A stretch of 64,000 nt of DNA from the NCBI GenBank assembly GCA_013239625.1, contig MU054187.1, positions 8,761,231 to 8,825,230 of the forward strand. Direction: 5' to 3'. Of this stretch, positions 25,601-38,959 are shown piece by piece; position 1 is the stretch's first letter; each line of letters starts with the position of its first letter. The position numbers and the translations under genes are program-made. The notes under the pieces are model-generated. The model did no database searches. It was not told the origin of the DNA and saw only the letters and a list, made by a program, of their open reading frames with translations. Source of the stretch: Lama guanicoe. Taxonomy: Eukaryota.

Positions 25601-27239
25601 CCTAAGGAGAGAAACAGGCTTCCATACGAGCCCCTCTAAATGCCGTGCCACTCGGCAGAAGTTAGGAATAATGGAATCCTTGGCAATGGGGGTAGTTGCT
25701 TTCAGATTTGTGATTTTGTTTCCATTTTTCACAATACAAATACTCCTCTGATTTTCCAGGGTTCACTGAGCAACTGGGAAGAGAATGGGCCCCCCTTTTC
25801 AAAGATGTCCAATGTTTTCCCCAAATATTTCCATTCTTATTCTTCCCTAGCTGCACATCATTTTCTCCTGAGCAGACAGCATGCCGTGTGCCAGCTGGAC
25901 CTGGACTACAGTAGATTTGTTTCCAAAGTAGGTTTCTCTCCAAATCATTGATAAAAGACCAAAGAAAACTGACCAGAAGAAGGTTTTCTAGGAATATATG
26001 AAGAAAAACGATTTAAATCTCGACTGTCATCAGGTGGTAGAAATTTTTTTAAGCATAGTGTCAAATGCAGAAATTACTCTATGTCTACAAATTCACTTTT
26101 CAATCTAGCATTCTGATGCCTCCATCTCCTTACCCACTAGGGAGGGGAGAGAGAGAAATTTGCAATAATTTATTTTAAGTAAGACCAAGTAGTTTTAGTT
26201 AAATCCCCCCATCTTCACAGCATGTTATTAACATCACTACTTTGTAATTAATAATGTAAGAATTTATTTTCAATCAATAGCACAAGATAGTCCAAGCATT
26301 GTCAGTGAGTCACTTTTAAGTTATCTGCTACCCAGTGCCTATCAAAAATCCTGCTGTTAAAAACTACATAAAAAAGCAAACAAAAAATTTCTCTGAATGC
26401 TCCACAGCAGATCTCCTTCTGTCCGTCCGTCAGCCTCTGGGAACTATATGACTTAAGTCCTTCACAGACTTTTCTCCCTGAGCTGCAGTTTCACTATAAG
26501 GGAAATTCATCCGTGCCTCTGTTACTAAAATCACATGGCGGTGAAGGCTGTGGTCCACTGTCACACATAGGCCCTGTGTAAGCGATCTGCTTTGGAATTC
26601 AAGGGACAGAAAAGCTTCGTTTCATCTGGGGAAGTGGACTGGTGACTGTATGGAGGAATCTGGTGCGAGTTTTTGTCTTTGAAGGCTGACAGCTTTCATG
26701 CCTCTCCCCTGCCTGTGCCCTCATCTGGACCAGCTGATAACAAAGCCTCTCCTTTGGCACCTGTGGGAGACACAAACCACACAAGGCTTCACCCAGACCC
26801 CACCCTTAACCACACCAAAAACCCAGGCTGGCCTCCGATCCTTACTCTCTCCCAAGCCTTTCAGCCTGCGAGGGATGTCACGCTTTCCCCGAAGACCTCA
26901 ACTGCCTAAGTAACCAGTCCTTTCACACCGTCTTGTTGTGCGTGGGGCATCACCGGTCTTGACATTCCAAACAAATTTCGGTGATGGGTCCTTCCTGCTT
27001 TGGCCAAGTGACCATCCCAGCTACCTTCCTTCTGAAGTGGGACTAGATCACATGTGTCTCCCTTTTGATCTTGACCAACATAAATACCAATAACTCTGGC
27101 AACCAGTGTGGGCTGTCTATGTGTGGACCCCTCCAAGTCAGGCAGGTGGGTACCTTGTGGTTATGAACATGAACTCCCAGACCTTTTTTGTGCACTCCTG
27201 GCACCCTGGACTCCCTTGTCAGGAGAGTGTTTACCAGCC

Positions 27240-27360
27240 TGACCCTCCACTAGATGGTAAGCTCTGCAAGGGCAGATATCTGCCCTTCGTGTTCACCACA
27301 GCGTTCCCAGCCCCCAGCACAGGGTGGGCACTGAGCAAATGTTTGATGAATGAGTAACTG
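27240..27360 (+). mobile_element. LINE-2 3' end
   Basis: 'ccactagatggtaagctctgcaagggcag...cccagcacag...aaatgtttgatgaatga'. Confidence 0.75.
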
Positions 27361-29779
27361 AAAGCATGAAATTTAGGTAGAGAAGTGATTTGCATGAAAG
27401 CCAAACAAAGATTAATGTGTCACAGGGAAAAAAAAAAAAGGTTTCCTCTGTAGCTTGGAAAGTGAGAAATACCTCGTAAAAATCCCAACCTATGACATTC
27501 TAACACAGTCAAGCCTCCAGTGTGACATCTAATTGCCTGGGCCCTGCACCGCCACAGCCACCTGCATCGAAATCCTGGTGCAGATCACTGTTTACTTCCC
27601 CCAAGTTAAACTTCATTAAATATTAGTTTAATTTCATGTTTTCCAGATTAATTTAAGATTAATTTATACCCAGGCATTTGCACAGCCTGAGCAGTATCTC
27701 TCCCTTCTGTCATTTCTGTCGTCTCACAGACAGCAGAAAAAAGGAAAATGTATGGTGAAGAAGCACTATGATGGAGTAAGTAGGGGGAGATTTAATTAAA
27801 CTATTACATATCTTTTCCTTGAATGTGGAAAAAAAAACCTCCATAAATTTGCCAGGGAGTAGAGTAGCATGCACATCTGGACGCCTGGTAAACAAAACCT
27901 TCGCAGATATGAAAAGCGGTGTTTACAAGATGACTTGAGCTGAAGATCTGATGCTGTACTTAACCCCACATATTCTTCCTAAGTCTCATAGTGTGTATTT
28001 ACGGCAAAAGAATCTTTTATCCCTTGTTGCTAGAATTTTTTTTAAGGAGAAAGAAAAAAAATGTTAATATTAAATGTCTCTTTTTTGTGCATGACTGTTT
28101 TTTTTCCCCAGAATCATAGGGTCTTAGGGCTCAGAGATCCTGGGGGTTGTGGGGAGAGGTGATCCTTACTGATAATCATTCCATCAACCCTTTGTTCTTC
28201 AATACAGCTTCACTCTGCTTCAATAATTTCCTTAGATAAAAAAGCACATTTAAAAATACCTCACTTCAAAAGTATAAACCTGGAATGTGAAAAACAAATG
28301 CATATTACAACTGGACCAAAATATTTACATGATGTAAAACACTGAATAAATAAACCATTAAGAGTAGGTCCTCTCGCATTGAGCAAACGGAATCCAATAG
28401 AACAGCTGCTAATATTATCTTCCCTCATAAAGAAAAACCTTGATGACTCATTTAGAGCTTCATAAATTGTAGCCTTTTCCCTGCTTGGTATAAATAGGGG
28501 TTTTCCATCCAGTCTGTTATTCGGTGCACAGTGCTAGGCCTCACATGCATATCGTTACCAGTGTAAGGTCCTATCTGCCCATTCTAGCTCCTAGATCCGG
28601 AAGCTCCCCGTCCACCCAAGCACCATGCACCTCATCCAAACAAATTCACTAAAACAAAGCTGAAAAAAAGACACACATTTTAGTGGCAATCTAATTCCTC
28701 CTATTTATTTTTTCATAGGCCCAATTCCAAGAGAGCAGGGTTTTTTTTTCAAAATATATACGTGTATATACAATGCATTACAGAAGAATCACAAGAAAGT
28801 TATTCTTAAGAAATAAATAATTTCAAAACAATTTAAAGCTTTTGTGTATTCCTCTGAAATTTCACCCTTCTCCTTTCCTTTTCCTGAGATAGCTGCTTCT
28901 TTATACTGGCTTCAGCTGCCTAACCCCATTGTCTTGGTGACAATTCAGAACCTCTTCTGGCCTTGTTCTCCAGCGCTGTCAACATTTCATTGGACGGCTT
29001 GAGTGATCGGTCCTGGTTTGGTCTCCCCAAGGAGTCTTCAGTGAGAGAGCCCTTGTGCTCTTCCCAGACCTGTAATACTGCTATCACCCAGGCAAGCACC
29101 CTGTGAAGAGGAAGGGCAAGACTGGTCCACCATTCACCATTCTTCCCTCTACAATACGGGGAACGTTGTAAAGGGTAGCGATCAGTAATATTTCTGAGTG
29201 TCTTAATTAGTCTGAAACTGTACAGGAAGAAAACAGAAAAGAAAAACATCTGTGGCAAGTCTACCATCCCCTCTTCAATAAGAGAACTAATAATTCTAAA
29301 TTATCAAGGGATCTATCATTCAGTTTAGAGCATGTAGATGAGACCATGAGGATTTATGGCGTTTTTAGGGATTTAGACTCAGGACATGCAACTCAATGCC
29401 ACAAAACCATGAGCAACCTTCATGACTTACGAGCTTTCTGCAGAGATGAATTACCACTAATGAACAAAGATGAATCCAAGAAAAATAATGAAAGGTGATA
29501 TGTTAAAGGCCTCACACCAAAGCTTCTTCATATAGATCTTTAAAAGTCCAAGTCCTTCATGTTAACCATGCATGGCCAAGGCGAGGACAGGATTCTTTGA
29601 GAGAGCATTGACCAGATTAATGTAAACAGAACCATGCCCTTCCCAGTGTCCCATGTCTTCTTTGAAATGTGTGTAATAATCCAGGTAAAAATCAATAAAA
29701 TCAACAGAATTTCTTATACTTTAATAATTGACGAAACCATAGTGACGAAACATTGGCATCACCTAGTAAATTTGAATTT

Positions 29780-30345
29780 TCACCTACAACTCAGTAATTC
29801 TACACCTAGATATATACCCTGATTTACCCTAAATATATACCCATAACTTATTTCATAAGTAAGAGGTATGTACAAGAATGTTCATGGTAGCATTGTTTGC
29901 AAGAGCAAAAACTGGAACCACTAAAAGCCACAAACAGGAAGCTGAATAATTCTGGAACGTTTATACCTGGGTTACAACACACATAAAAATGAATAAACCA
30001 CAGTTATATGTGTCAATGTGGATGAGTCTCATTACCTTACCAAAAAAGGGGCAAGTAACAAGATAATACATAGAGCATAATTCCATTTTGCCAAACCCAG
30101 AAAAAACTCAGATACATTGTTTAAGATTACATACAATCGCATAGAGCAAAACTATAAAGAAAAGTAAGAGAATAATTCACACAAAACTCATTATAATGGC
30201 TACTTAGGGAAGGAGGGAAAACGAGGATGCAGTTTTGGAGGGACATACGGTAGGCCTCAAAGGAACTGGTCATTGTCCATTTCTTAAGTTGGGTAGTGGG
30301 CAAATGGGGTGTTAGTCCCTAAATTTCATATAAAAATTATTAAAT
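29780..30345 (+). mobile_element. Ancient L1ME-like ORF2 end and 3' UTR
   Basis: 'gtacaagaatgttcatggtagcattgtttgcaagagcaaaaactggaa' and 'gtggatgagtctca'. Confidence 0.75.
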
Positions 30346-30379
30346 TTAGTACCCATAAGAATTCCTGTTTAAAACATAA

Positions 30380-30525
30380 ATTCTCAGGACCAGCTCTCAG
30401 GGAAAGTGTTTAGTAGGTTTGAGGGGCAGGAGGATACCTCAGGTTCAGCCTTTTTAAACAAACATCCCAGGAGCACCTGCTGGCGGTCCATGCAGGCCGT
30501 GGACCACCCTATGAGCAATACTAGA
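30380..30525. mobile_element. MER5-like hAT-Charlie MITE fragment
   Basis: 'tttttaaacaaacatcccagg...ggccgtggaccaccctatgagcaatact'. Confidence 0.5.
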
Positions 30526-30589
30526 TTATGCTTCCTGAGTTACCAAGGCTTCTACCAAAGATTTATGGACTTTCTTTTTCAAATGAAAT

Positions 30590-30902
30590 CTTATTTTTAT
30601 TTTTTTAAACATTTTTTATTGATTTATAATCATTTTACAATGTTGTGTCAAATTCCAGTGTTCAGCACAATTTTTCAGTCATTCATGGACATATACACAC
30701 TCATTGTCACATTTTTTTTTTCTGTGAGTTATCATAACATCTTGTGTATATTTCCCTGTGCTATACAGTGTAATCTTGTTTATCTATTCTACAATTTTGA
30801 AATCCCAGTCTATCCCTTCCCACCCTCCACCCCCCTGGTAACCACAAGTCTGTATTCTCTGTCTGTGAGTCTATTTCTGTCCTGTATTTATGCTTTGTTT
30901 TT
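30590..30902 (-). mobile_element. 5'-truncated young camelid-type L1 3' UTR
   Basis: Poly-T, then the antisense of the same terminus as 1-120, then 'ggtaaccacaagtctgtattctctgtctgtgagtct'. No clear TSD. Confidence 0.9.
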
Positions 30903-33698
30903 GAAAAACAAGTTTGTAAAAAGGATCAAAACAAAGGGGTTCTGGTTAGCGTGGGGAGGCCTGAGACTTGTTTTTTGGTCTTTCCTGTCCCCCTACAACT
31001 GCAGCCCTGGGAGCAGCTCTGGAATCTATAACTCTATTAGCAATGGCAAAGAACCTCCCATGTCAATCCCATTCAATGTATTTCAAAAGAAAAAGAAGTC
31101 ATTATGCAGGCTTGACTATAATACAACGGCCAGCTAGAATATAAACTTTGGATATACTTTAATCAGAATCTGTAAAATGTGTTTACTAGTATGGTTTGAT
31201 TATGCACACAATTTTCATATATGAAAGAAAAATGTCTGGCCCATAGTAGGTATGCAATACAGTTAATGTGAATTGGCACTTGATTCATTCAGAACCTTTG
31301 ATAAAATAGGATTTAAGGCAAGAGATGTTACTCTGTGATTCTAAGGTTTGGGTGCAATTTACAGCATAGTGATAGCCACAGTTTCTTCCACTTGAATGCT
31401 TCCAGGCAACAAAAGTAATGGATTTGTTAAGTTACCCGTGGCAAACCACAGCACCCTGACCACCTGCTGAAAGAAAGAATTTTCCAGTTACAAATGTAGT
31501 TTGAACATGCTGTCTAGAGCAGATTACTCTGCACAAAACATGTAGCCAAAGTGAGAAAGGGATGGAATGGAATATTCAAATAGGAAAGAATAAGTGGGCG
31601 GCTACATATTGGTGTAAATGGAACATCATGTAGAGAAATGTGTTCTTTCTTTGTGAATTTACATTTTATAAACCAATCATATAATTAATACTAGGCCATA
31701 AGTGAAACTTCATGACATGGTTTTGGGGACAGTTCACTAAATTGTTGCCACATACAGAATCCCTCCCCACCAAACACTGGTCAAGACTTACACGATCTGT
31801 AATGGCAAAACGAACACAGAAGTTAGTATTCTGGGTTAAAACCCTTCTCCTCATAAGCCCATTGGTTTCTGTTGATTCTCTTGGCCTTCACTCAAGAGAA
31901 GCTGGCATGGGCTGTTGCCTAGCAACAGTATGCAGTGCACGTATCTACCAGCCCATGGAAACGCTGTCTCTGGACTTCATGCCATTCAGTACCATGTTTT
32001 GTAGATGATGACGATCTCTTAGGAACTTTCCTTCCCCCTCTTCAAATGAGTGCTTGAAGAAGGTTATTTTAATACTTACTGCATCACAAACATTGTACTT
32101 GGCTTAACAAAGACCAGGAAACACAAAGGGACATCCTTTGTAACCCATAACTTCTTTGACCAATGACAGAGGAACCAGTAGAATCATACATCTTATTGAG
32201 AATTACAGTAGATTTTCTTTGAATGAACTGTGACTGTCTCATGCCACCCATACTAATGTTTAATTAATGCTGCCTATGTGCCAGAGGTAGGACTAAGTGT
32301 TATTGTACCTTAATAACACAGACACTGTTTCTCTCTTCATTGAACTTATTTGCCTATTCTTGAATCTTCCTGGAGGCTAAATGTTCACCCCCCTAAAAAT
32401 ACATTCCAAACATGGTGTATTCCAGCCAAAGGGATGTCTTATTTTTTAAAACCAATAAATATTTTCAAGCCTAATTCAGATGACTACAACCTCGTTGGTC
32501 AGGACCAGGTGAATACAAGTTAGACACTCCAGAAAATATAGTCAGATGACCAGGAATCCTATCTGTGTGAGGAACCATGCCCCACAGAAATAGTAACAGG
32601 ATTTTTGAGACTCGCAGTCACGTCACAAGATTGAGACTCTTGAATCAAAAACAAAGGATAAGAGTTTTCCTAGATGTTTCTGAAAGGCCATAAACTAACT
32701 TACCAGGAGGCAGGAGGGAGTTAAAGGATCAGCTTTCATCCTGCATCCCAGCCCACAGGCCAAGGACCCCCAGAGACTGCACTGAGAGCTTCATTCCAAC
32801 ATCCTCTAATCTACTCTATGAGAAGTGTGTTCTCAAATCCTCCACGGAGGTAGAACCAAGAGACCAAGACGACTGTCTGAGAACCCAAAGGAGCTCTGGA
32901 TACTTAAGTCTTCTTTAAAGAGCTGTATCACTTAGGAAGAAAGCACCTCCAACCTGAGGAACAGCAAAACAAAGCTACCAGCAAATGTTTGGGAGAAAAA
33001 AATAATGACAGCATTAAAGAAACACACTTACTGAACAAAAGCATGAGATACTAAGACTTCTAGGACAGGGACAGGGGACCCTGGGGTAAGAAGACGAGTG
33101 TTAGGACCAAACATCTCGTGATCATTCTAGAAGTTTATATAATCGTTCTTTATTAGAAATATATAAACAGATCTTGAGAAAGTAGTGATGGTCAAGGTAA
33201 TCTACCTATGAGCCAGCTGCTATTCAAATCTGTCACAATGTAAACCTAAATCCACAAAGCTCACCTGCTCGTGAACGTGTGGGGGGCATCTTCAGAGCCC
33301 TTCAGATGTGCTGCACCAGAAATGGGTGAGACATTTTTTAACATTTCAGGAAGGAAATCTCACTCATTCCAGCCCAGGAGAATGGGAGAAGTAGGGAAGG
33401 ATGGGGCGGGAGGGTCGATTCAGTGTCCTCACTTGACCCCGTCCTCGGCCCCATTACCAAAGTGAGAACCAAAGCAGAGGGGATCTCTCCGTTTTCTGGG
33501 CAGGACTCTGAGTGGCGCCACACAGCGGACAGAATCCCAGGAAGGGCTGGTTTCGCTCCCCTGGTTGCCCTCCCCTCCTGTGCTCCTGCGTGCCCTTTGG
33601 AGGAGCCAGAAGTCAGCAGATGGCACAGAAGGGGAGTCACAGGCAAACCTCAGGAGGAGAGGGAGAGGGGCAAGTGGGCCGCATCAGCAGGAGGAGCC

Positions 33699-34091
33699 TG
33701 TGAGTGAAAAATGCCTTCAGCCACATCGGTAAACAAAGGATGCTGCAGATATCAAGTCACTGCAGCCATCCTCAACAGTGCCCCCTGAGGGGACTCAGGG
33801 TGGAAAGAACAGGACACCAGCCCTAGGGAGCTGAAGTGCATATCAAAGGCATGATTTCAATGAGCACAGACCCTTGCATCTTCCCATATACAGAAAAGCA
33901 CTTATTTCCAGTAATCTTCTGATGTTCTGAGCACCTGGTCTTTGTTGCAAAAACTCCTCCTTATCCTGGCTCCTCCTCCACCTCTTCAGAGCTTTTCTGA
34001 GAGGCTGCCTGTTGGGCTTGAAGTCCTCAGAAAGTCCACCGAATAAAACATAGTTCTCAAATTTTAGGTTGTATTTTTTTTTCAGTTGACA
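33699..34091 (+). mobile_element. MER41-like (cetartiodactyl ERV1) solo LTR, 393 bp
   Basis: TG...CA ends, a perfect 4-bp TSD AGCC (33695-33698 and 34092-34095) and AATAAA near the 3' end. Text matches recalled MER41_BT ('gtaaacaaaggatg', 'gcatatcaaaggcatgatttcaatgagc', 'cttgcatcttcccatatacagaaaagc'). Confidence 0.85.
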
Positions 34092-34369
34092 AGCCCCAGG
34101 CCCTGACCGCCAGGAAACACACCAGGAGTTCAGCAGCCGGTGCCGGAGGGTCCCACTGCTGCAGAGTCCGGTACAGAGGTCCACGCAGGCAGACGCACAC
34201 ACGTGCCCGGGCACACACATGCACCTGCCAATCTGATCCTGTCTAACTCTACAGCCTGTTCCCCACCCCCACTGCCACTAGAGGCCCATGGCACCCTGTA
34301 CCCCTCAACCATTTGTAACGCCTCAGAGGTGACATTCTGGGCCGAAGCCCCATCCCTCTGCCCTGCACT

Positions 34370-34660
34370 TATGTCTTAAGGATCCTTTATCCTCTTGTCC
34401 ACTTAATAACTTTGATTCTACAAACTCTAACTCTAGTCTCTCCCTCCATGAAGACTTGCCAGTCCCTCAGGCCAAGGTGATCACTCATCTCTTTGCATCT
34501 TGTCTGTTTCTCTATGGTAGAAATCACAGGGTGTTTGTGTTTAATTTTATTTCCCCACCAGACTGAAAACAGTACCTTCCACATCTCCGCATTTCCAGCT
34601 CTTAGGACAGTACCTGGATGAGAACAGACACTCACAGCTGTTCTTTAACTGAATTTATAG
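34370..34660 (+). mobile_element. LINE-2 3' fragment
   Basis: 'ttccccaccagactgaaaacag...ccagctcttaggacagtacctgg'. Confidence 0.55.
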
Positions 34661-34719
34661 AAATTGACATAATAGAAACAGCTTAACCTTTCTGTTAGAA
34701 AAAGTGTTTTTGTTAAGAC

Positions 34720-34915
34720 CCATTTTAAGCCAGGCACTGTACTGTGCACTTCTATATACACAACCTCATTTGATCCTCACCCCAAAATAAAGAGGAAATG
34801 TTTTCACTGTCCTTGTACCCAATGCTCCAAGGATCAGAAAGGATGAAGGAACACCATCCAAGAATATTTAACTAGGAAGTGAGGGCCCGAGTTCAAAGTC
34901 CATGTCTTCTAATTA
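34720..34915 (-). mobile_element. MIR SINE
   Basis: 'gccaggcactgtactgtgcacttc...ctcatttgatcctcac'. Confidence 0.6.
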
Positions 34916-36194
34916 AAACAGGAGGACTCTTTTGGCATCAGAGTTTCTAAAGAATTTTCTACACTGCACTCTGCTACTTATAGAGAGGTTCTTGTGTAGT
35001 AAGAATAACACTGTGTAAACCATGGTGTATGTTTTATCTTTAACATCACCTCATACGACTATAATTTAATAGCATCAATTCACGGTAGTCACTCACCTTT
35101 TCTATCCTAACAGGTAGTGTAAGGAGGAAACTGGAAGGCAGGGTGTCACTATCCCCTACCCTCATGGGTAGCCAACACCTTACAACGGTTATTGGGTCCC
35201 CATGTGACAACGATCAAAAGAAGAGTAAATGTTGTTGGACTCAACTGTGAGGCGGCAGCTGCATGGAATAAGGACTGGAGGGTGACTTTGGTGAAAGCAA
35301 GTGTTTTAATGATGGATACATTTTTCAACAAGACGAGCTTTTCCCAGGCCCTGTTTGGTGTTTCTTTGAGCTCTCATGGTGACTCATGGGTTTGACAAAG
35401 CCTTCCCGCACAACTTTGAGGCATTAGGAGGTTGTCAGGAAACTCACACTTGTGGTGGAGATCTGTTTTTGAAGTTGTACAGAATTACCAGTTAATGAGT
35501 TCTCGGATTATTCTTTTATAGCTAAGTGCGTCTGGATGAAACTCAGCCACAAAAGGACCCGGGTTTGTGCATCATTAATTCTAACGTCCAGAGACATTCC
35601 TGGTCTCACTGTCACCTACTCAGTTTGCCTTTTTATTCTGGAGACCTGATAACTCCAATTAATTGGCTTTCATTCTTTCATTCTTCTCAAGTAGCTTTTT
35701 ATTATTGTTTTTACTACAGATGCATCAAATCCTCTAAGCAAGGCTATAAGGCATTGGAGCTGTCTGTCTGTAACAAGCTCCTCCAGTCAAATGCCCAAGT
35801 GCCAAGCTGCGGGCAGACATGGAATCATAGAGCAGATCACAAGTTCTGAAAGCAGTTTTATTCGTAGTAAACACACCCTCAGAAAAAAAAGACAATTGGT
35901 CAAGCCACAATAGTCAAAGGGTCAGCTTGGCCCCTGGCAGGTAATAATGCTCTAAAAATATTTCTCAGATAAATAATACGGTTAATAAACCCTCTACCAT
36001 GACACCAGTTGCAAGATTCTTCAATTTGCTGTCAAGATACAGATTGTAGAAAGTAGATTTACTTTTTTATTCAGAATAATTTTTAAATTTGCCTAAAAGA
36101 ACAGAGCATAATATAACAAATACCCATATTCCCATCACTCATAATTAATCAGTGTTAACAGTTTGTCACATTCAAGATTTTTTGATAAAAGTAA

Positions 36195-36800
36195 CAATGG
36201 TAACTAACATTTATTGAGGTTGACCATGCATAGTTAGGATTCCAAGTACTTTACGTACATGATTTGATTAAATCTTACAAAAACCCTAGGAGACAGTGTT
36301 GTTATTACCTCAGTTATACAAAGAAGAAACTGAGGTGTGGAATTTTAAGATCAGGCCAAGTCACACAGATGTAAGAGGCTGTATTAGTTTGCTACGGCTG
36401 CTATAACAAAGGACCAAAGACTAGGTGGCTGAAACCACAGAAATTTATTATCTCATAATTCTGAGGTCAAAGTGCAGAATTAGTTTCTTCTAAGGCCTCT
36501 CTCCTTGGCTTGTAGATGGCTGTCCTCTCCCTGTGTCTTCACAAGGTCTTCCCTCTGTGGGTGTCTGCCTTCTAATCTCCTCCTCTTACAAGGACACCAG
36601 TCATACTGGATTAGGACCCACCCTAAAGGCCTCATTTTTAATATAATTACCTTTTTAAAGGTCTTGTTTCCAAATACAGTAAGATTCTGAGATCTTGGGG
36701 GTTAGAACTTCAACATATGAATATCTGGGGAGGGGCCGAGCATAATCCAGTCCATAACAGACACAGAGCCGGCATTCATTCTCAGGAAGCTGTGAGCCTG
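36195..36800 (-). mobile_element. MIR SINE interrupted by an MLT1A LTR
   Basis: 'taacatttattgag...aagaaactgagg...caagtcacacag', then the LTR, then 'cagagccggcattc', which resumes the MIR. Confidence 0.7.
36380..36759 (-). mobile_element. MLT1A-like MaLR solo LTR
   Basis: Runs from 'tgtattagtttgctacggctgctataacaaa' to 'cagtccataaca'. Confidence 0.85.
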
Positions 36801-37259
36801 CTGTCCACAAGGCAGCTGCCTCTGATAACACTGAAGTCCCACTGCTCACCTTCTCAAACCCAGTCTTCCCATCCCAGCTCCTCTTCACAGAGGCAGCACC
36901 ATCACAAAGTTTATGTTTGTTTAGAAGTTACCCTACACGACATGCATCCTTAGTCTTACCTTTTTCTAACAAGTATTAAGTTAAAAATATCTCTACTCTT
37001 CTCCCAAACAAGGCAAGAATCGTAAAATGTTTTAACTTGTCTCCAAACAGCATCACATGCTCACTCCTTTCATGTTATTGGTGTCTAGTATCTTAGCCAT
37101 CATTTGAACCACCTCTCCCTCAAATTAAAAAATAAATAGTGCCACATTTCACTAGCCACTCTATATTCAGGCTTACCAGCATGTTTGGTTTATTTTTTTG
37201 GTCATGATTTCTTGCATCTGGGCTCCTCTTCCTTGTTGCTGAACTGTCTGCATGAGCAT

Positions 37260-37860
37260 TTCTCTCAATGACCGTCTGAAAGCAGGAACGTGAATCATCT
37301 GTGTATATCTGGAAATGTCTTTGTCACCCTTACCTGGTACAATTTTAGGTTCGAATTACCTTCCCTTAGTGCTTTGCGATAGGATTCCATTATTTTCTAG
37401 CATCGATTTTTCCCGGTAACTAACTCCTATAATTCCAATTGTCATTTCTTTTTAAGTTTGAGAGTAACCTGTCTTTTCCTCCCTGGGGTCTTCAAATGTT
37501 TTCCTTCTTCTTCCTTACAGTTCTGGGGTTTAACCTAGTCTGTGTCTAGATATGGATTATTTTTCTATTTACACTGCTTGAGACACGTGTCTTTTTCTCA
37601 TTCTAGAAAACGGTCATTACTTCTTCACATACTCTCCCTTCTGTCCTTTTTATTTTATCATTCTAGATCTCTAATAAAAACCGCTATCACTTTTCATTGT
37701 ATCTTCCTATCTTCCATGTCTCTTAACTTTATCTTCATTGTCTCCAGCTCCTCGCATCTTAGTGATTTCCAGGTGATCTCTTCAACACTATTATCTACTT
37801 TACTAGCTCTCTCTCTTCCTGTGTATCTAGACTATTGTTTAACCTGTAAAGCAAACATTT
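37260..37860 (-). mobile_element. HAL1/L1ME-like ORF1-region fossil, antisense
   Basis: Same degenerate text as 4880-5400 ('ttccattattttctagc...gtaacctgtcttttcctccctgg...tgtgtctagatatggatt'). Confidence 0.6.
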
Positions 37861-38959
37861 CCTTCCAAGGCTCAAGTTTTTTGCAAATCCTCGCTTGCCA
37901 GGAGCCTGTGATAGGCGAACATTCATTTCAAAGGGCTGTGTTCCTAAAGCTCATGACACTATAATAAAATGTTTTTTCCCAGATGCAACAACAACGGTAA
38001 AAAGAAGTCCAAAACCTCACTGCAGCAGTCATATTTAAAGCAGTTCGTAGATGATCAATTATACGCATTGCGTTCACCCAGTGTCTATCTGCACCAAGAA
38101 CGGCAGTACAGTAAAGCAATGCGTTTCCCAGAAATGGTAATGAAGTGCGGCCAAAATAGAGATAATTATTTTAATTAATGGTAATGATTTTAACGGCTGA
38201 ACATTTTAACTAATTAATTATGATTGATTGCTTGTTACTAATCAAGGAATGTGATTCAAAGTTGTAATTGAAAAACCAGGAGCAATAGGTCCTGCAGAAA
38301 GCATATCACGTCCCACTGAGATCAGGGGCATGACTTCTGGAGCATTCCAGTACTTTTTCTTTCATATATTCTTTAAGATAAACTGCTAGGATGTTGATTT
38401 TAGTTCCATGTTCAGGACTCTTTTTGGAAACAGGAAACAAAATGTGAAAAGTAAATACATATGAAGAAATGCACATATTATTTTTATAGTTACAACTTTT
38501 AATACCATATTATTCATCTAACTTTTATTCTTGTCAGCCTTCAAGACTAAGCTTTCTTTTTTAAAGACTTTCGATACAAGAAGCTACTCCATTATTCAGA
38601 CAATGTGAATATTTTTGACAGCATATTGTTTGAGAATTGTTTTATATGTAGTACTTTGACCATTGGATTGTTAAACCTTTTAAAATCTGACAAATTCAAA
38701 ATATCACACAGAGAACCCTCAAGACCAGCAAGTCAAGCTTCTTTTCACTCTCTAGTCTATTTTTCTAACGGTTCTAACTGAAGCAAGTCAGTGTCTTGAC
38801 ATAACCTGACATTTATCTTGTGATTTAGTAGTCATTCATCCTGCATCAGCAAGGGGTACCTGACTATGGTAAGGAGGCTATTTTCATCCTCAATAATCTT
38901 TTTACCATAAGGAAAAAGCCACGTTGCCCCACTTTCATTTGGTGAGATTAGGAGAGGTT

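Noticed and set aside
30406..31137. Longest ORF (243 aa, plus strand)
   Set aside because: It starts at GTG and runs through a MER5 remnant and the antisense L1 3' UTR. The product is F/L/S-rich low-complexity sequence with no protein motif.
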